From: Camelus dromedarius
Lineage: Eukaryota
Length of the DNA: 64,000 nt
Assembly: GCF_036321535.1 (NCBI RefSeq)
Contig: NC_087437.1
Span: forward strand, 79,176,001 to 79,240,000
Reading direction: 5' to 3'
The notes beneath the pieces were generated by a model. That model did not search any database. It saw only the letters and a program-made list of their open reading frames with translations, and was not told the origin of the DNA. Shown here in pieces: positions 37,546 to 50,870 of this stretch. How positions within the stretch are numbered: the stretch's first letter is position 1; the number at the start of each line of letters is the position of its first letter. Both the position numbers and the translations under genes were made by a program.

Positions 37546-40500
37546 ATGTGTTGTGTGTGATGACTTGTGGAAGCTACTCCATACAGCAAGACCTACACTT
37601 ACAAAAGCAAATTTAATGAATGATCACATGGAATTGGGTCAGCAAATGTGTGCCTTCTAGTTCTGACTTCACGTCCACGGGATATATGGTGCAGGTGTCA
37701 ATGGGAAAAACATCAAAGAACATTGCCAGTGAGAGTATCATTACAAGTAGATCTGTGTTAAAATATTGAGGCAGGCAGATATAAAGAGCCAAGATTATTA
37801 AACAGGAAAGAACTAACTGCATTTCAGAAGGAAAGAGTCTATCAGAGTTAGAAAATGTACAGCAAAGATCTCTCTCCTCCTAACTCTGTAATTCTGAGTC
37901 AGGACATGAACTTGAACTCTTTCCTAACACAGGATTAAGGAGGACTGCTTTAAATTTATTGCAGCTAAAGAAGAATCTTGTTAGTGAGAGATCATTCTCC
38001 AAGAAGCAAGCAAATTGAAGTGAAATTGAAGAAACAGAAATGGGGTAGCCCCACAGGACTAAGTCCAGATGTAGACACCCTTTGAAATCCTCCTTTTACA
38101 AAGTCTCACTTTCTCAAGGAGAAGTGGGTGGAACGTCAGCATTCTGAGCAGAAGAGACTACAGGACTATAACGGCAGTTCTCACAGTCGGAAGTCCTAGT
38201 CCCTGTATCCACACCCTTTCACTGAAAAATCTAGACTGTGTCAGTTTCCCTTTCCTCTGACAACCATCCTGGTATAAAGACATTGGTTATATTGAAAGAA
38301 TGTAGAAAATATTCATACAGTTGAATTTTTATAAAATATTTTTAACATCTGCTAGTGCACAAGCCATGCATTTTTAGTTTCCTTTTTAGGCGAATCCGAT
38401 ATATTTAGCATAATCTTGATATATGTGTAGCTTCTCACATCAGGAACCTCTAGTTCCTGACACCTGAGGACTAACTGCACAATAAGCGGCAACATTTAAC
38501 TCACAGACTTTTAGAAAAACAATATAAAATAGTATTTTACTTGCTCCTGCACAATACTGCACTTTCTATTACTGTGAAACTAAATGTCATTCCAGAATTT
38601 CTTGCCTTGTGAAATTAAGAAACTTTATTAAATGGAACATGAATAAAGTCATCTGTATTTTAGTTTACACTGGTTTCTGGATGAGAAATGCTAGCATTTT
38701 AAATAGTATTTGGCAGACTTTCCTTGAAGTGGATCGTAAGTTTTCCTTTTCTTTTTCTCTTTAGAATATCTTTTTATTCATCAGAACACTCTAGTTGTAA
38801 CAGATCTGAAATTACGCTCATTGAAGTCACACAGAGCGGAGTGGGAAATGGACTGTGAAATCCTTCAGCGGCATGTAGTAGAATAGGGTGCAGATAGGCC
38901 TGTATGACAATGAGACAGTTTTTAAAGCCAGGCCTCAGTGATCTACTTTCCTTCAGTCTAGATTTTGGTTAAAATAAGAGTTTACATTCATGTGGTTTTT
39001 TTTTAGTTCTAATATTCTAGAATATGTTTTGCTGATATAATGTTATTAGTCTAGTGTAAAGGTGGAAGAACAGATGAAGTAAGGAATTAGTGACTCCTAA
39101 TATATTGCACTGCTTTTTATGGCATATAATAAGAAGTAAGGGAACAAAGATGTTAACTGTTCCCCAGTGAAGGTGAAATATAAGACACTAGGAAGAAACA
39201 TCATAGACATTTTGATGCAGGGAGATTTCTCTATTATCAGTATTGTTATTTTTGTACCCAAAACTGCTGTTGCTCAAGAGCGTGGAAGATCTTTCCAATC
39301 TTTGATCTTGTAGTCACAGAATTCTCCTACTCTCTCTAGACCTAGCTATTACTTTATTGTTTGTATGCAAATTTTCCAGTAACGAATAACAAACAGAATA
39401 ATAAAGTCTAGATTCATTCAATTCTAGAGGAGAAAATTTACTGAGACTTTGCAGAGAGATTCATTGGCTCTGAAATATTTTATTGATTCTCTTCAGGTGC
39501 ATAATTCACAACCTAACATCATGCTGCTTGCATCCCGGAGATGAACCAATCTTCCTCTCTCCTTCCTTTCTTCCTCCTTCTCTCCCTCCTTTCCTTCCTT
39601 TGTGCTGATTTTGAGTCTAATTTTAACCTAGCCTTTTCTTAAAACTCTGTTTCTAAGCTTTTGATTGGAGAGCCATGCCCTTTTATTCCTTCTTGTAAAT
39701 TTTATCAAAACTCAGATTAAGAGACCTTCAGATTAAAAGACCTATTATCCTTCTGTCTCACATCTCACCATTCTTTTCTGGAGAAATTCTGGTGCCCACT
39801 GCACTCTTCTAAAATTCCAATTCATGTAATTTATATATCCTGTACAAATATGGCCATTTCAACCACATAACATAATGCCAGGGACATAGCTAACACAAAA
39901 TATGTGTTGTTACAAATCACATGGTACAAAATTTCATTACATTAGATGCTTTCTTAGTCACTACTTATGACACCTAACTAGATGTTTTCTAAAAGTTTTT
40001 CAACAAGTTATTAATTCTCTGAGATGCTTTTTGGAAAATGAGTTCTATGAATAAATAATTTTGGGGAAAAATCCTGCTATATCCTCATCTGGAGATTTAT
40101 AATGCATAGTAAAACATCTGATAAATACCGAAGTAGATAGTTTGTCTCAAACATATTTGACAGTAGAACCCTTTTATTATTAATATATGTAAATAATTTA
40201 TGGATCACTTCTTGAAATATATTTATCATTTGATTCTTATCAAACTTCTGAAATATGTCTAATATTTTGACCAATTTATGGATGGAAAATGGGATTAAAA
40301 GATATATTAACATTCTATTCATGGTGAATTTTAGTAAGCAGAGGAGATAGGATTTAAAGATTTATATGTGTAAATTTTGCTTCTTACATTGTCTCCAAAG
40401 CAACCAAAAGCTACAGCAATTAAGTAGAACTAAAATGGAGATGATTTCTTCTTTTTCTATCATGAGGTTCTGTATAACTAACTGTTAACTTCAAATATTC

Positions 40501-41910
40501 ATTGCTCTCTTCTTATTCAGGGTCAACATCCCACTCTCATTTCTTTTCCAGGGAGGAGGTCTCGATAAATTAATTAGTCAAAGCTCAACACACTCTTTGA
40601 GTCAGGTTAAAGAGTGAACAGTAATATTGTCTTTTAAAGAAAGGAGCAAACACTCCACCCTTTCTCATATGTTGTCCTGGCTTCTAAGAACAAGCTTTGT
40701 TATCCCAAGACAGTCATTCAGACATCCTATCCCTGTAGCTAGCTAAGTAAGAAACTCGGGGTCTGCTGTGTAGACTCAGCCACCTCAAGATGAAGGAGAA
40801 GTACCCTGTGTCTTGAGCCCAGCAAAACTTAGGAGAGAAGCACTATACTGGGGCACAATGGAGTGCTTGTACAGATGTTAATAAAACATTTCACTACCTT
40901 TGGCTATTTCCTATTGTTCCTGTAGCCACATTCAGGAATGGCTAGTAGGATTTGAACGCCAAATTTATACTTTGAAACCGTATCGGTGAACAGGACCAAT
41001 CTGAGCACATCCTCACACCAGGCAATATAGCCCAGGATATAACAGAACTGAAATTATAATCATCGCCATTGATAATGCATAGTTATTATCTGCTTACTAT
41101 GTGTGAGGCAACATGCTAGATAATATAAACAAATTATATCCATTTAAATCAGAGGCTCTCAGCTCTGTGACTATCAGGATCACCATGAGAGCTCTTAGAA
41201 TATGCTTGGACCCAGCTATGGTGAATTTGTAAACAATTGACTTACACTAAAAACTGTCTTTAAGATAACTGTCAATTCAAATTCACTTACAAATAACTCT
41301 GATAATCTTTATACTTACAAATTATAAACATATCTCTAATGCAGTCATATTGAAGGAAATTAGTTACACTCCCTGGAATATTATTCACACAATGGCTTTA
41401 AATAGCTTTGGTTATAGTTATATAGATACTTTCCTTATGGAAAACCATCATTGAGGTAGTTAGTAACTTTGATCACTGCTGTCCTGGGTCATATTTGAAA
41501 CACTGCTGAAGAGTTATGTTTCCCATTACAGAGACTCTGAATTTACAGTCCCTCATCAACAACTTTCAAGTACTAGAATTTTATAATAAACAAAAAAAGT
41601 TGACACAGTTTTACTCGTTCTGTTACTTACAAAATGCCAGGAGATTTTCAAAGTCATAATAATTATTATTGTGAAACAGAATAGGCAATAAAATAAGGAT
41701 TTGTTACTGCAGAAAAAACAAAGAAACAATTCTACCTTCTGTAAACATGAAACAAGTCCTACTTTTATTGCAACAAATATGAAAAAATGTCACTGCCTCT
41801 GAAAAATAAAATGGTAGACATATAGTCTTGAGACCACCACATTTAAATAATATATTTCAGTACACAAACATACAAATAGCAAGTACTTTGCTTTTAGGTA
41901 GGAAGTTTTC

Positions 41911-41964
41911 TTCAAAGATATGAAGATGCTTTATATTCAAAGATATGAAGGTGCTTTATATTCA
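41911..41964. repeat. 25-bp tandem duplication
   Basis: ttcaaagatatgaag(a/g)tgctttata twice, followed by ttca. Confidence 0.95.
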
Positions 41965-44900
41965 GTATTTCTGTAGTCCCCTTAGATTGCATCTGAATTA
42001 ACCCTCATTATTTAAAAAAGATACAGAAATATGAGTCACCTGTGTGTTCACATAAGAGAGTTGTGAAATAGAAACAAATGAAAGTAATTTTAAAATTTAT
42101 TTATCAAACTGAAAAATAGCAAAAAATTAAATCAACACAAGTGTTTATCAAGTGATAGATATTCAAAATTCACTTACATTAACCTCATTGTTAACCAATA
42201 ACAGTGAATATTAAAATATTCTCCTCAAGAACCAAAAGTGTACTCAAATTATTTTTAGCAGACACAATAAAGAGTATACCTATTTTGGAAATATAAACTT
42301 TAATATTTAATAGCACTATTACCACTATTTAGTTTTATGAAAATATCAACACTTGATTTCAGCATTATATATTCTAAATAAAAATTTCAACTTATCATGT
42401 AAGTTATCCATGCATGTTTATTTTATTGACAAATCCATTAAGAAATTGAGAATAATTTATTTTCTCTGGACTGAGTATATTTCTTTGTCAAGTTATAGAT
42501 TTATCCTAAATTTATAAGGTCTAGTCCATTGTTAGCAATTACAGAATTGCAATGATGTGATTTGCACTGATAATTGACAGCTTAATAATCATAATATTCC
42601 AGTACATACAGCCTGTAAAAATCTCAAATAATGAAACCATCCCTGATTCCACACTACCCTATAATCCTCACATTATAAGTCTTATGTTTTCTTATAACAT
42701 GTATAGCCATTCTCATACCCCAGGTCTTTACCGCCAAATTCCTCCCCTGCTCTCTCACTCACTTCCTGTCCCAGTCAATTCCTCCTGTACTGAGTCAGTA
42801 TTACCTGCTGTGTGCTAGCGTTAGGCTTTCATCCGTCACTAAGAGAAACAAAGTCACCAATACCCTAAAGAGGAATGAAAAGTTTCAACATAAAAGTCAA
42901 TTAAGCATTTATTCAAATTTTGATAATTGTTTTGAAGCAAAAGTTCATCTGAGAATGTATAACAATTCTCAGCTTATTGTTTAGAGAGAGTCAGGGGGAA
43001 CTTCTCTTAGCAAATAATATTTAAACAACAAAATTATGAATTGCAGTTGGCTAAGTAAAGCAAGTTGAGAGAAGGGAGTATTCCAATCAGAAAAGAGTAG
43101 ATTCAAAGACCTTAAAACAAGAGGAGTAGAGAAGGAAAAATGGAGGTGAAAGATTACATAGTAGGTTGGAAAAAGTCTTTGAAGATTGTGATAATGGAAC
43201 ATTGGTGATAAGTTTAGAAATTTAAGAATGACCAGCAAATAATAAAAGGAAGGATGGTGGAAACATTGAGTAGGGATGCCTGGCTCGTGTATAGCTAATG
43301 TAGTGGTTGATTAAATTCCATGATTAAAAGGGATGGGATATCAATCTCGTCCATGTGAATCTCTAACCAAGGAATGAACTATTTTAGAAAAGATCATGAT
43401 AGAATATTTTTATAAGTAGAATTTCATAGTTGGGTCATCCATGAACATAACTATTGTTGAGTAATTGTCATATGACATAATAAAGAAATTTTAACAATAC
43501 AGCTATATATTTACTTGTATGTAAAGTCTTCAGGTGTTCAGAAAGTATGCTAGTAAACTGTTTACTACGTCTTTATCACATAGGGATAACTGTTCATTTA
43601 ATTTTTATGACTCATTTTCTAATCTTTTTGCCCACTCAGTTTTCCTTCTGTTACATACACGCACATATTTCTACATAGCAAGTGTTCCCCTTGATCTGTG
43701 CTGCTAAAATTTCCTGTTCTTGGTTGTTATGCAGTATACTTACACATTGGGAAAAAAATCATGTAAACTAATTTAGGGAGACTTTAAATTCCTTTAAATA
43801 CCATTGGTAAATGAGTAACATGAGAAAATGCCAGTAAGACTGATTTAGCAAATAGGGAACAAAGGTGTTTTATTTTAAATTATTTAAAAAAAAACAAATA
43901 GGGACATCTAATGCAATTTGAACAAATATTTTAAAATAAAGAGGTGCCAGATCCCAAAGATGCAAATGAGAGAGGTAAAATATAATTTTGGAATTTTAAC
44001 TTGATATCAGTGTTAGTGTTATGAAATAGGTATAAGTAATTTTATTTACCTGCAACTATTTTTTTTTCTAAATTTGCAGCTATAAAAATTGAGGGTTTTT
44101 TTTAAAGTAAATAATAAATGGAAAAAAAATACTATGCATTTATGCAACAAGTTTAATAATTTAAAGGATTAAAGTTCAAATTCATTTTAGATCTCTTGAT
44201 TAAGGCAATTGACCTTGAAGGTTGGTGACATAATTGGTGAGAATTTTTTTTAAATGGTCATGAAAAATATAGAAGAGCAAATGCTTTTATGCCTCAGCAA
44301 AATTTAGTAAGTTTTCATGAAAATATGATTTATATTAAACTAACATTGCATTTCAACCAAATTGGTATAACTTTCCAAATGTGGTATTCAGAGTCAAAGC
44401 TAGAATCTGTATGTCCCTAAATTGGTCAGAAATTTTTAAATAAATATAAGCACGCTGATTGAAGCTATAAGTTATATTAAATTAATCAAGGAAAATTTCT
44501 ATGCTATGTGGACTAAAGTAATAATGATTTAAAAAAGAGAAGAATATCTACATTGGTTTTGAAGTTTGCTAATGAATAAAAAGAGAGCCTATCCCTATTT
44601 TTTTAGAGATTTTATCAAGAAATATGTATAATTTTACCAATTATTTCAAACCAGTTCATACCGGTTCAAAATATATGAACCAAATGACTGTATTATTTAT
44701 TATATGTATTAATATAATTAATTATGTTTATAGATTTTCTTCCCTTGAACCATTCTTACCTTCCATTTCATGCTATAATTTTTGTTGTTGTTGTTTAATA
44801 ATACTCTAGTCAGGATTTTGCTTCATTACCTATAAGTGAGATGTCTGTATATTTTTAGGAGACTACTATATTCTTGAGATTTGGGGGTTAATGTTTTTTT

Positions 44901-45097
44901 CTTAGCAATATTAAAATCTGTAAAATTTTAAAAATCATCCCATGATTAGGAAAATTTTAAGTACTTGGGAATACCGGTCCTTTGAAAACTCCAGCTATGT
45001 AATGTATTAGTTCTCCTCTGACCGTGTTCAGTGCATATACATTTCTTTCCAAGTGTTTGCTTTCTATTTTCAATGGCTCATTTTTATTATCTTTATC

Positions 45098-45580
45098 CTG
45101 TTTTAGTTTGTACTTCCATAAGAGCCAATTTCAATACAGAATTTTGGGGGCAAGTAGTATATTTGAGAGGTTATCTCAGAAAATATAGTGAGGGACTAGG
45201 AAAGTGAGATAGGGAACAAAGGAAAGACACGAGAGTGTGCTAATGAGTGCGTTTCAACCATAGGCGACTGGGGCTTCATCTTTTGGGAAATCTTCTGAGA
45301 CACTGTGTAGAATATACCTCAGTTCAACTCAATGTGGGCTGAAAACCTAAGGCATTTTTTTCTTATCTCTCATTGGTTGAAGATATTTCCTAGAGTGTCA
45401 CTATTCTGGCATGCTGGCCTGCCATAATCCAGGCAGAGCATGTTTCTGTGGCTAAGAAAAGCCTCAGGCAGAAACAGATGGAAGTGTTTCAGATCAGGAG
45501 CTGTCATCCTGTATTGGACCTGTCCACTGACTGTGGATCACCCAAGCCGGTGGGCCCATGGGGTGAGGGTATCTGCTCCC
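45098..45580 (-). mobile_element. ERVL LTR33-like solo LTR
   Basis: gcaagtagtatatttgagagg...aagtgagatagggaa...ggcgactggggct...tagaatatacctcag...tcattggttgaag. Confidence 0.7.
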
Positions 45581-45829
45581 TGTCTCTTCTCCCTTTGCTC
45601 CCCTGACTCTTTCCAGTTAGCTTTCAGTGCTATGATTATTCTGTTTTTCTTTCCTATCATTTGTATCCACCTATTTCACTGTTAAATTTATTGCTTAAAC
45701 TAGCTTGAGTGTTTTCTGTTAACTTCAAAGAAATCCTGACGGATGCAAGGTGATACGAAACATCCAATCATCACTTTTTTCCAGGTACATATTTTTCACC
45801 TTAATTCCAGGAAACCAAGTTCTTCTCAA

Positions 45830-46290
45830 TTACTTTCTACCCCACTGAAGCTATTTCTATTCTCCTTTGCTGGCTCTTTTTCTTTTTGACTTTTAAAAAC
45901 TGAAGAATTCAAGTTTCTGCCCTCTGTCCTAATATACTTGCTACTTAAAATCACTTAGTATATGATTTCTACTGAAATTTTTGACAACTCAGCTAACTTT
46001 AACTGACATCATTTCTTCCAGTCTCTCCTATCAGAATAAATGATATCACCCAGTAGCTTCAATTTTTAAAAAAGATGTCAAAGATCTATCCGTCTTCTAT
46101 CCTGATCACTACATATTCCAGGACAAGTCCAGATATGCCACCTCTGAAATAAATCATGCATTCACTTTCACCCTTCTGCACTGTACCCTAGACTGACCCC
46201 ATCATCTCCTTCCTAGACCACCACAACAGTTTCCTGACTACTTTTCGTTCTTTCGTACAGATCCTTCTTTACTCAAGCAATTTTTAAAAG
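45830..46290 (+). mobile_element. LINE-2 relic
   Basis: tattctcctttgctggctc...atcacccagtagctt...cccatcatctccttcctagaccaccacaacagtttcctgact. Confidence 0.55.
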
Positions 46291-46339
46291 AAAGAGATTA
46301 TAAGCTTCTCTTTTTTAAACCTAAATTTTTTAAGGTTTT

Positions 46340-47486
46340 TTTTTTAACATTTTTTATTGATTTATAATCATTTTACAATGTTGTGTCAAATTCCAGTGTT
46401 CAGCACAATTTTTCAGTTATTCATGGACATATACACACTCATTGTCACATTTTTTTCTCTGTGAGTTATCATAACATTTTGTGTATATTTCCCTGTGCTA
46501 TACAGTGTAGTCTATTCTACAATTTTGAAATCCCAGTCTATCCCTTCCTACCCTCCACCCCCCTGGTAACCACAAGTCTGTATTCTCTGTCTGTAAGTCT
46601 CTTTCTGTCCTTTATTTACGCTTTGTTTTTGTTTGTTTGTTTGTTTTTGGTTTTGTTTTTTAGATTCCACATATGAGCGATCTCATATGGTATTTTTCTT
46701 TCTCTTTCTGGCTTACTTCACTTAGAATGACATTCTCCAGGAGCATCCATGTTGCTGCAAATGGCATTATGTTGTCGGTTTTTATGGCTGAGTAGTATTC
46801 CATTGTATAAATATACCACCTCTTCTTTATCCAGTCACCTGTTGATGGACATTTAGGCTGTTTCCATGTTTTGGCTATTGTAAATAGTGCTGCTATGAAC
46901 ATTGGGGTGCAGGTGTCATCCTGAAGTAGATTTCCTTCTGGATACAAGCCCAGGAGTGGGATTCCTGGGTCATAGGGTAAGTCTATTCCTAGTCTTTTGA
47001 GGAATCTCCACACTGTTTTCCATAGTGGCTGCACCAAACTGCATTCCCACCAGCAGTGTAGGAGGGTTCCCCTTTCTCCACAGCCTCTCCAGCATTTGTC
47101 ATTTGTGGATTTTTGAATGACGGCCATTCTGACTGGTATGAGGTGATACCTCATTGTAGTTTTGATTTGCATTTCTCTGATAATTAGTGATATTGAGCAT
47201 TTTTTCATGTGCTTTTTGATCATTTGTATGTCTTCCTTGGAGAATTGCTTGTTAAGGTCTTCTGCCCATTTTTGGATTGGGTTGTTTATTTTTTTCTTAT
47301 TGAGTCGTATGAGCTGCTTGTATATTCTGGAGATCAAGCCTTTGTCGGTTTCACTTGCAAAAATTTTCTCCCATTCCGTAGGTTTTCTTCTTGTTTTATT
47401 TCTGGTTTCCTTTGCTGTGCAGAAGCTTGTAAGTTTCATTAGGTCCCATTTGTTTATTCTTGCTTTTATTTCTTCTAGGAGAAAAG
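46340..47486 (-). mobile_element. Young 5'-truncated L1 (about 1.15 kb) with TSD
   Basis: ORF2 3' end, 3' UTR, AATAAA and A tail. TSD tttttaaggtttt at 46327-46339 and 47487-47499, followed by TTTT/AA, the L1 endonuclease consensus. Confidence 0.97.
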
Positions 47487-47511
47487 TTTTTAAGGTTTTA
47501 AGTAGCTTCAT
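46660..47511 (-). pseudogene. L1 ORF2p C-terminal fragment, uninterrupted 283-codon frame (first few codons from flanking DNA)
   Basis: Characteristic ORF2p motifs: [40 protein letters not shown] (CCHC), [16 protein letters not shown]. Confidence 0.95.
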
Positions 47512-49269
47512 ATTATGATATCACCTTTCTGTGAGCACAGCTGTGTATTTTCTTTTCCTTCTCTCACTATCCATCCCCTTCAAAATATAAAAATGATATA
47601 TTGATGAATGTGTTATCAGGTTCAGAGTGGATTAGAAGTCTTTTTTGTTGTTGTTGTTTTCAACTTAAATTCCATATAATGAAAATGTTTCCTGTTTGGA
47701 CAACAATGCAGTGATTTTTTTTTTAATTGGAATGAAAGAGAAAAAAAATGGAAGTTAAATCTTCATCTTTCATATTGTAGTAGATTCTGTATGAAGTCAT
47801 TAAATACTATTTAGAAATATGAAAATTACCACACAGCACCTCTTAAGAGAAGATGCATATTGACAACAGGGAGTGGGATAATGGATTATTATTTATAATT
47901 ACTGCTGTAGTATTTGATTTTTTTTCTATGTACAGCTTATTGATTTCTTTGTAAATATCTCTTTCTACCAAGAAATTAAACATAGAAACTTTCAGCCTAT
48001 TACAGTATGTACATATGGAAAACAAATTCACTTGGTGAAGCTGTATAAAAGGAGTTAAATGCCAACACTCCACTAAATATTTTGTCTAAATCTAGAAAAA
48101 AAAATTACATTATTTTCCTAGTCTAAGCAGGCTTGGTTTTGGCATTGAGTGCTATTCATGTCTATACATCCTCAATTATCTCATACATGATAATCTCATC
48201 CCTGAAGTCTCTTCCAGGGATGAGATTAGCAAGGCAGCATGATTTTATTCTGATTCTATATGAGAATGTATTCTTGACCCTGACTCTACTAGATTAAAAT
48301 ATATTAATACACATTTATATATGTTATTTAATAAAATTATATATATATTAGAGTTTACATACTTTTGATTATTGTAGAGTATCTAATTCACATTCACATT
48401 CATATGACTTTTAGGACTGTGTGAAGTAATGCCAATATTAAAGTTAGCATCCATTTTGTTAGTATTATTCATATACGAGTTTAGTGAGTTTACATACCAT
48501 ATATTTAATAACATCAAATTCATACAGTGTGTACCACTATTTACATTTTGACTGATGATTTCTTTATACTGTTTTTTTGCTGAGTATGATTTAGATGGTT
48601 TTCAAAGAGAAGTCAAAATGCAGGGTGACCTATCTGCAAAGGCCCGAATTGTTATATAGAGAAAAATTCCTTCACTGGAAGTAGGACTACCAAACCATAA
48701 TATTTTTGGGAGTGGTAGAGGGGTGAGAAGTGTGACCTCTGCCTATGCCTGCAGTGTAGGGACAGTCACAAGGGGTGCAAGTGTCCAATAGCAGCTATTA
48801 TTGTAACATAATGTTTTCCCACTAACCACCACACAATTTGCCATGGCTAGGAAGACTAAAAGTCCATGTCCTCTTGGCTCCAGGGTAACTGGTAAGCATG
48901 TTTTATCTCCTTAAGTTTCACAGTCTCAGAAAAGGGCAACTGGTAAGATCTTTCTCTTAGAATAATAGAGTGAAATATGGCTTTTTAAAGTATGGTGGTG
49001 ATATTAAGAGCTTCTGTTTAAGATGAAAGATGAGTTCACTAAGAAATTCAGCAGAGGGTCTGATTGCCCTTTGCCCTTATCTAGCTTACAAGGACAAAGT
49101 CATCAGTGTTACAGTCTTCTGCCTATTAGTACGGATTTTTCCTGATGAATTCCATGAACTAAAAAAAATCTTTTCTTTCTTTCTCTCTCTTTCTTTTTCT
49201 TTCCTTCCTTCGTTCCTTCCTTTCTTCTTTCTTTTTTTACTGTAAGGCATATGCATGATATAATAATAT

Positions 49270-49785
49270 CTATTGTTTAATTAACGTTCCACCCTACCTG
49301 CTTCTGCTTTAATCTGAAATCACTCTTGTCCCCAACAGCATCCACATAATTGTTAGAGTTGCAATGTGAATAAAATATGTCTGCTAAACTTGACCACAGC
49401 TGATTGTTCTCCAGGGGAGAGAATCTGACTTAAGCATGAAAATGAGAGTCCTTTTCGGTGATATTCATAAAAGGAATCTAAAAAGAAAAGTCAATCTCTC
49501 TCTCCAAGTGGAGTGAATTGACTGTAAAATTTCTACATGGAAGTTATTGGCAGCAATGTCTTCCATACAGTTTGAAGAAAAATTTAATGAGTGGAAATTG
49601 AAGCAATCTCACAGAGAGAATTGGTAAAGATTGAAAGAAAGGCATGATGATTTTTAATTCCTCGTAACTATTGTTTCTGACCTTTAACTTTATTCCAGTT
49701 CTCCTTATTATACATTTTCTTATTTATTTTATCTGTTTCAGGTCAGGACTCTGTTATTTGCAACCAAAAGAAACCTTATTCTTAT
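49270..49785 (+). mobile_element. Old MaLR LTR (MLT1K/L-like)
   Basis: ttgaccacagctgattg...tgaagcaat...ctgttatttgcaaccaaaagaaacct. Confidence 0.55.
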
Positions 49786-49949
49786 ATTAGATATATGCAG
49801 AATTATTTCCTCAAGGATAAGCTCTTAGAAGATAATTAAGAAATTTCCAGTTAAGTATTTAAAATTATGTCTTCCCAATGTAGTAAAGAAATCCTTAGTC
49901 ACATAAGGAATATCTAAGTTAATAATAAAAATCATTGTGTCTATTAAGG

Positions 49950-50409
49950 TACACCTGGGTCAGATTCCCAGGAAATAGCTCTGAGATACAGATTTATCTG
50001 TGGTTGTTTATGGGGGTTATTCTAAGGAACAATACTTATAAGAGGGGTACTTAGCGTGAAAAAGAATGTAATAATGCCATTTACAGCAACATGGATGGGC
50101 TAGAGAGTCTCATACTAAGTTAAGTCAAAGAAAGACAAGTATTATATGATATCACTTATATGTGGAATCTAAAAAAAATTGATACAAATGAACTTATTTA
50201 CAAAACAGAAAGAGACTCATAGACATAGAAAACAAATTTATGGTTACCAAAGGGGAAAGGAGAGAAGGGATAAATTAGAAGTTTGGATTAACAGATAGAT
50301 ACACGTTACTATATATAAAATAGATAAACAACAAGGACTTACTATATAGCCTAGAGAACTATCTTCAATATCTTATAATAATCTTTAATGGAAAAGAATC
50401 TAAAACAGA

Positions 50410-50456
<47 letters not shown>

Positions 50457-50870
50457 ACTGAATCACTTAGCTGAAACTAACACAGCATTGTAAATCAACT
50501 ATACTTCAATTGAAAAAAAAAAGAAGATGAATTCCGAGAATAAAAAAATACTTGCAAGTGGGAGAAGAGCGCATATTAGGATAAAGGAGAATTTGAACCA
50601 CACTGCAGTTGTGATATAGACCTCTGCCAACCCCACAGGGAGCTACCAAGCTTCAGAATGTCTCCATTGAGCTAAAAAATATTTGGGACTTACCCCCATG
50701 TCAACCAGTTACTGAATGCAGGCTGTGACTTTTTGTTGAGGGCAGTTCCTGAGAGAAGATTCAGTTATAAGTTATTAGTAGACAAAGTAAGCAAGCTGAT
50801 GGGGAAGTTAGTACCTAGGTCCTGAAGCAGGGAGTCTGGGGTAGCATTTCACAGCATCCGCTGCATTAGA
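49950..50870 (-). mobile_element. ERVL LTR16-like solo LTR, split by L1
   Basis: gattcccaggaaatagctctgagata...ggagaatttgaacc...cctctgccaaccccacagggagct. Confidence 0.65.
50048..50522 (+). mobile_element. 5'-truncated older artiodactyl-type L1 with internal (TA)(CA) microsatellite
   Basis: ORF2 end (aatgccatttacagcaacatggatg...atatcacttatatgtggaatctaa) and 3' UTR (atggttaccaaaggggaaagg...cattgtaaatcaactatacttcaat) followed by A10. Confidence 0.93.

Noticed and set aside
37592..37822. Minus-strand hydrophobic ORF or exon ending at GTAAGT
   Set aside because: All frames close before the donor and the peptide is unrecognisable.
40897..41050. Minus-strand exon FCYILGYIAW...
   Set aside because: In-frame stop before a weak donor and a poor polypyrimidine tract.
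47162..47518. Plus-strand hydrophobic ORFs of 118 and 77 aa
   Set aside because: Antisense frames of L1 ORF2.
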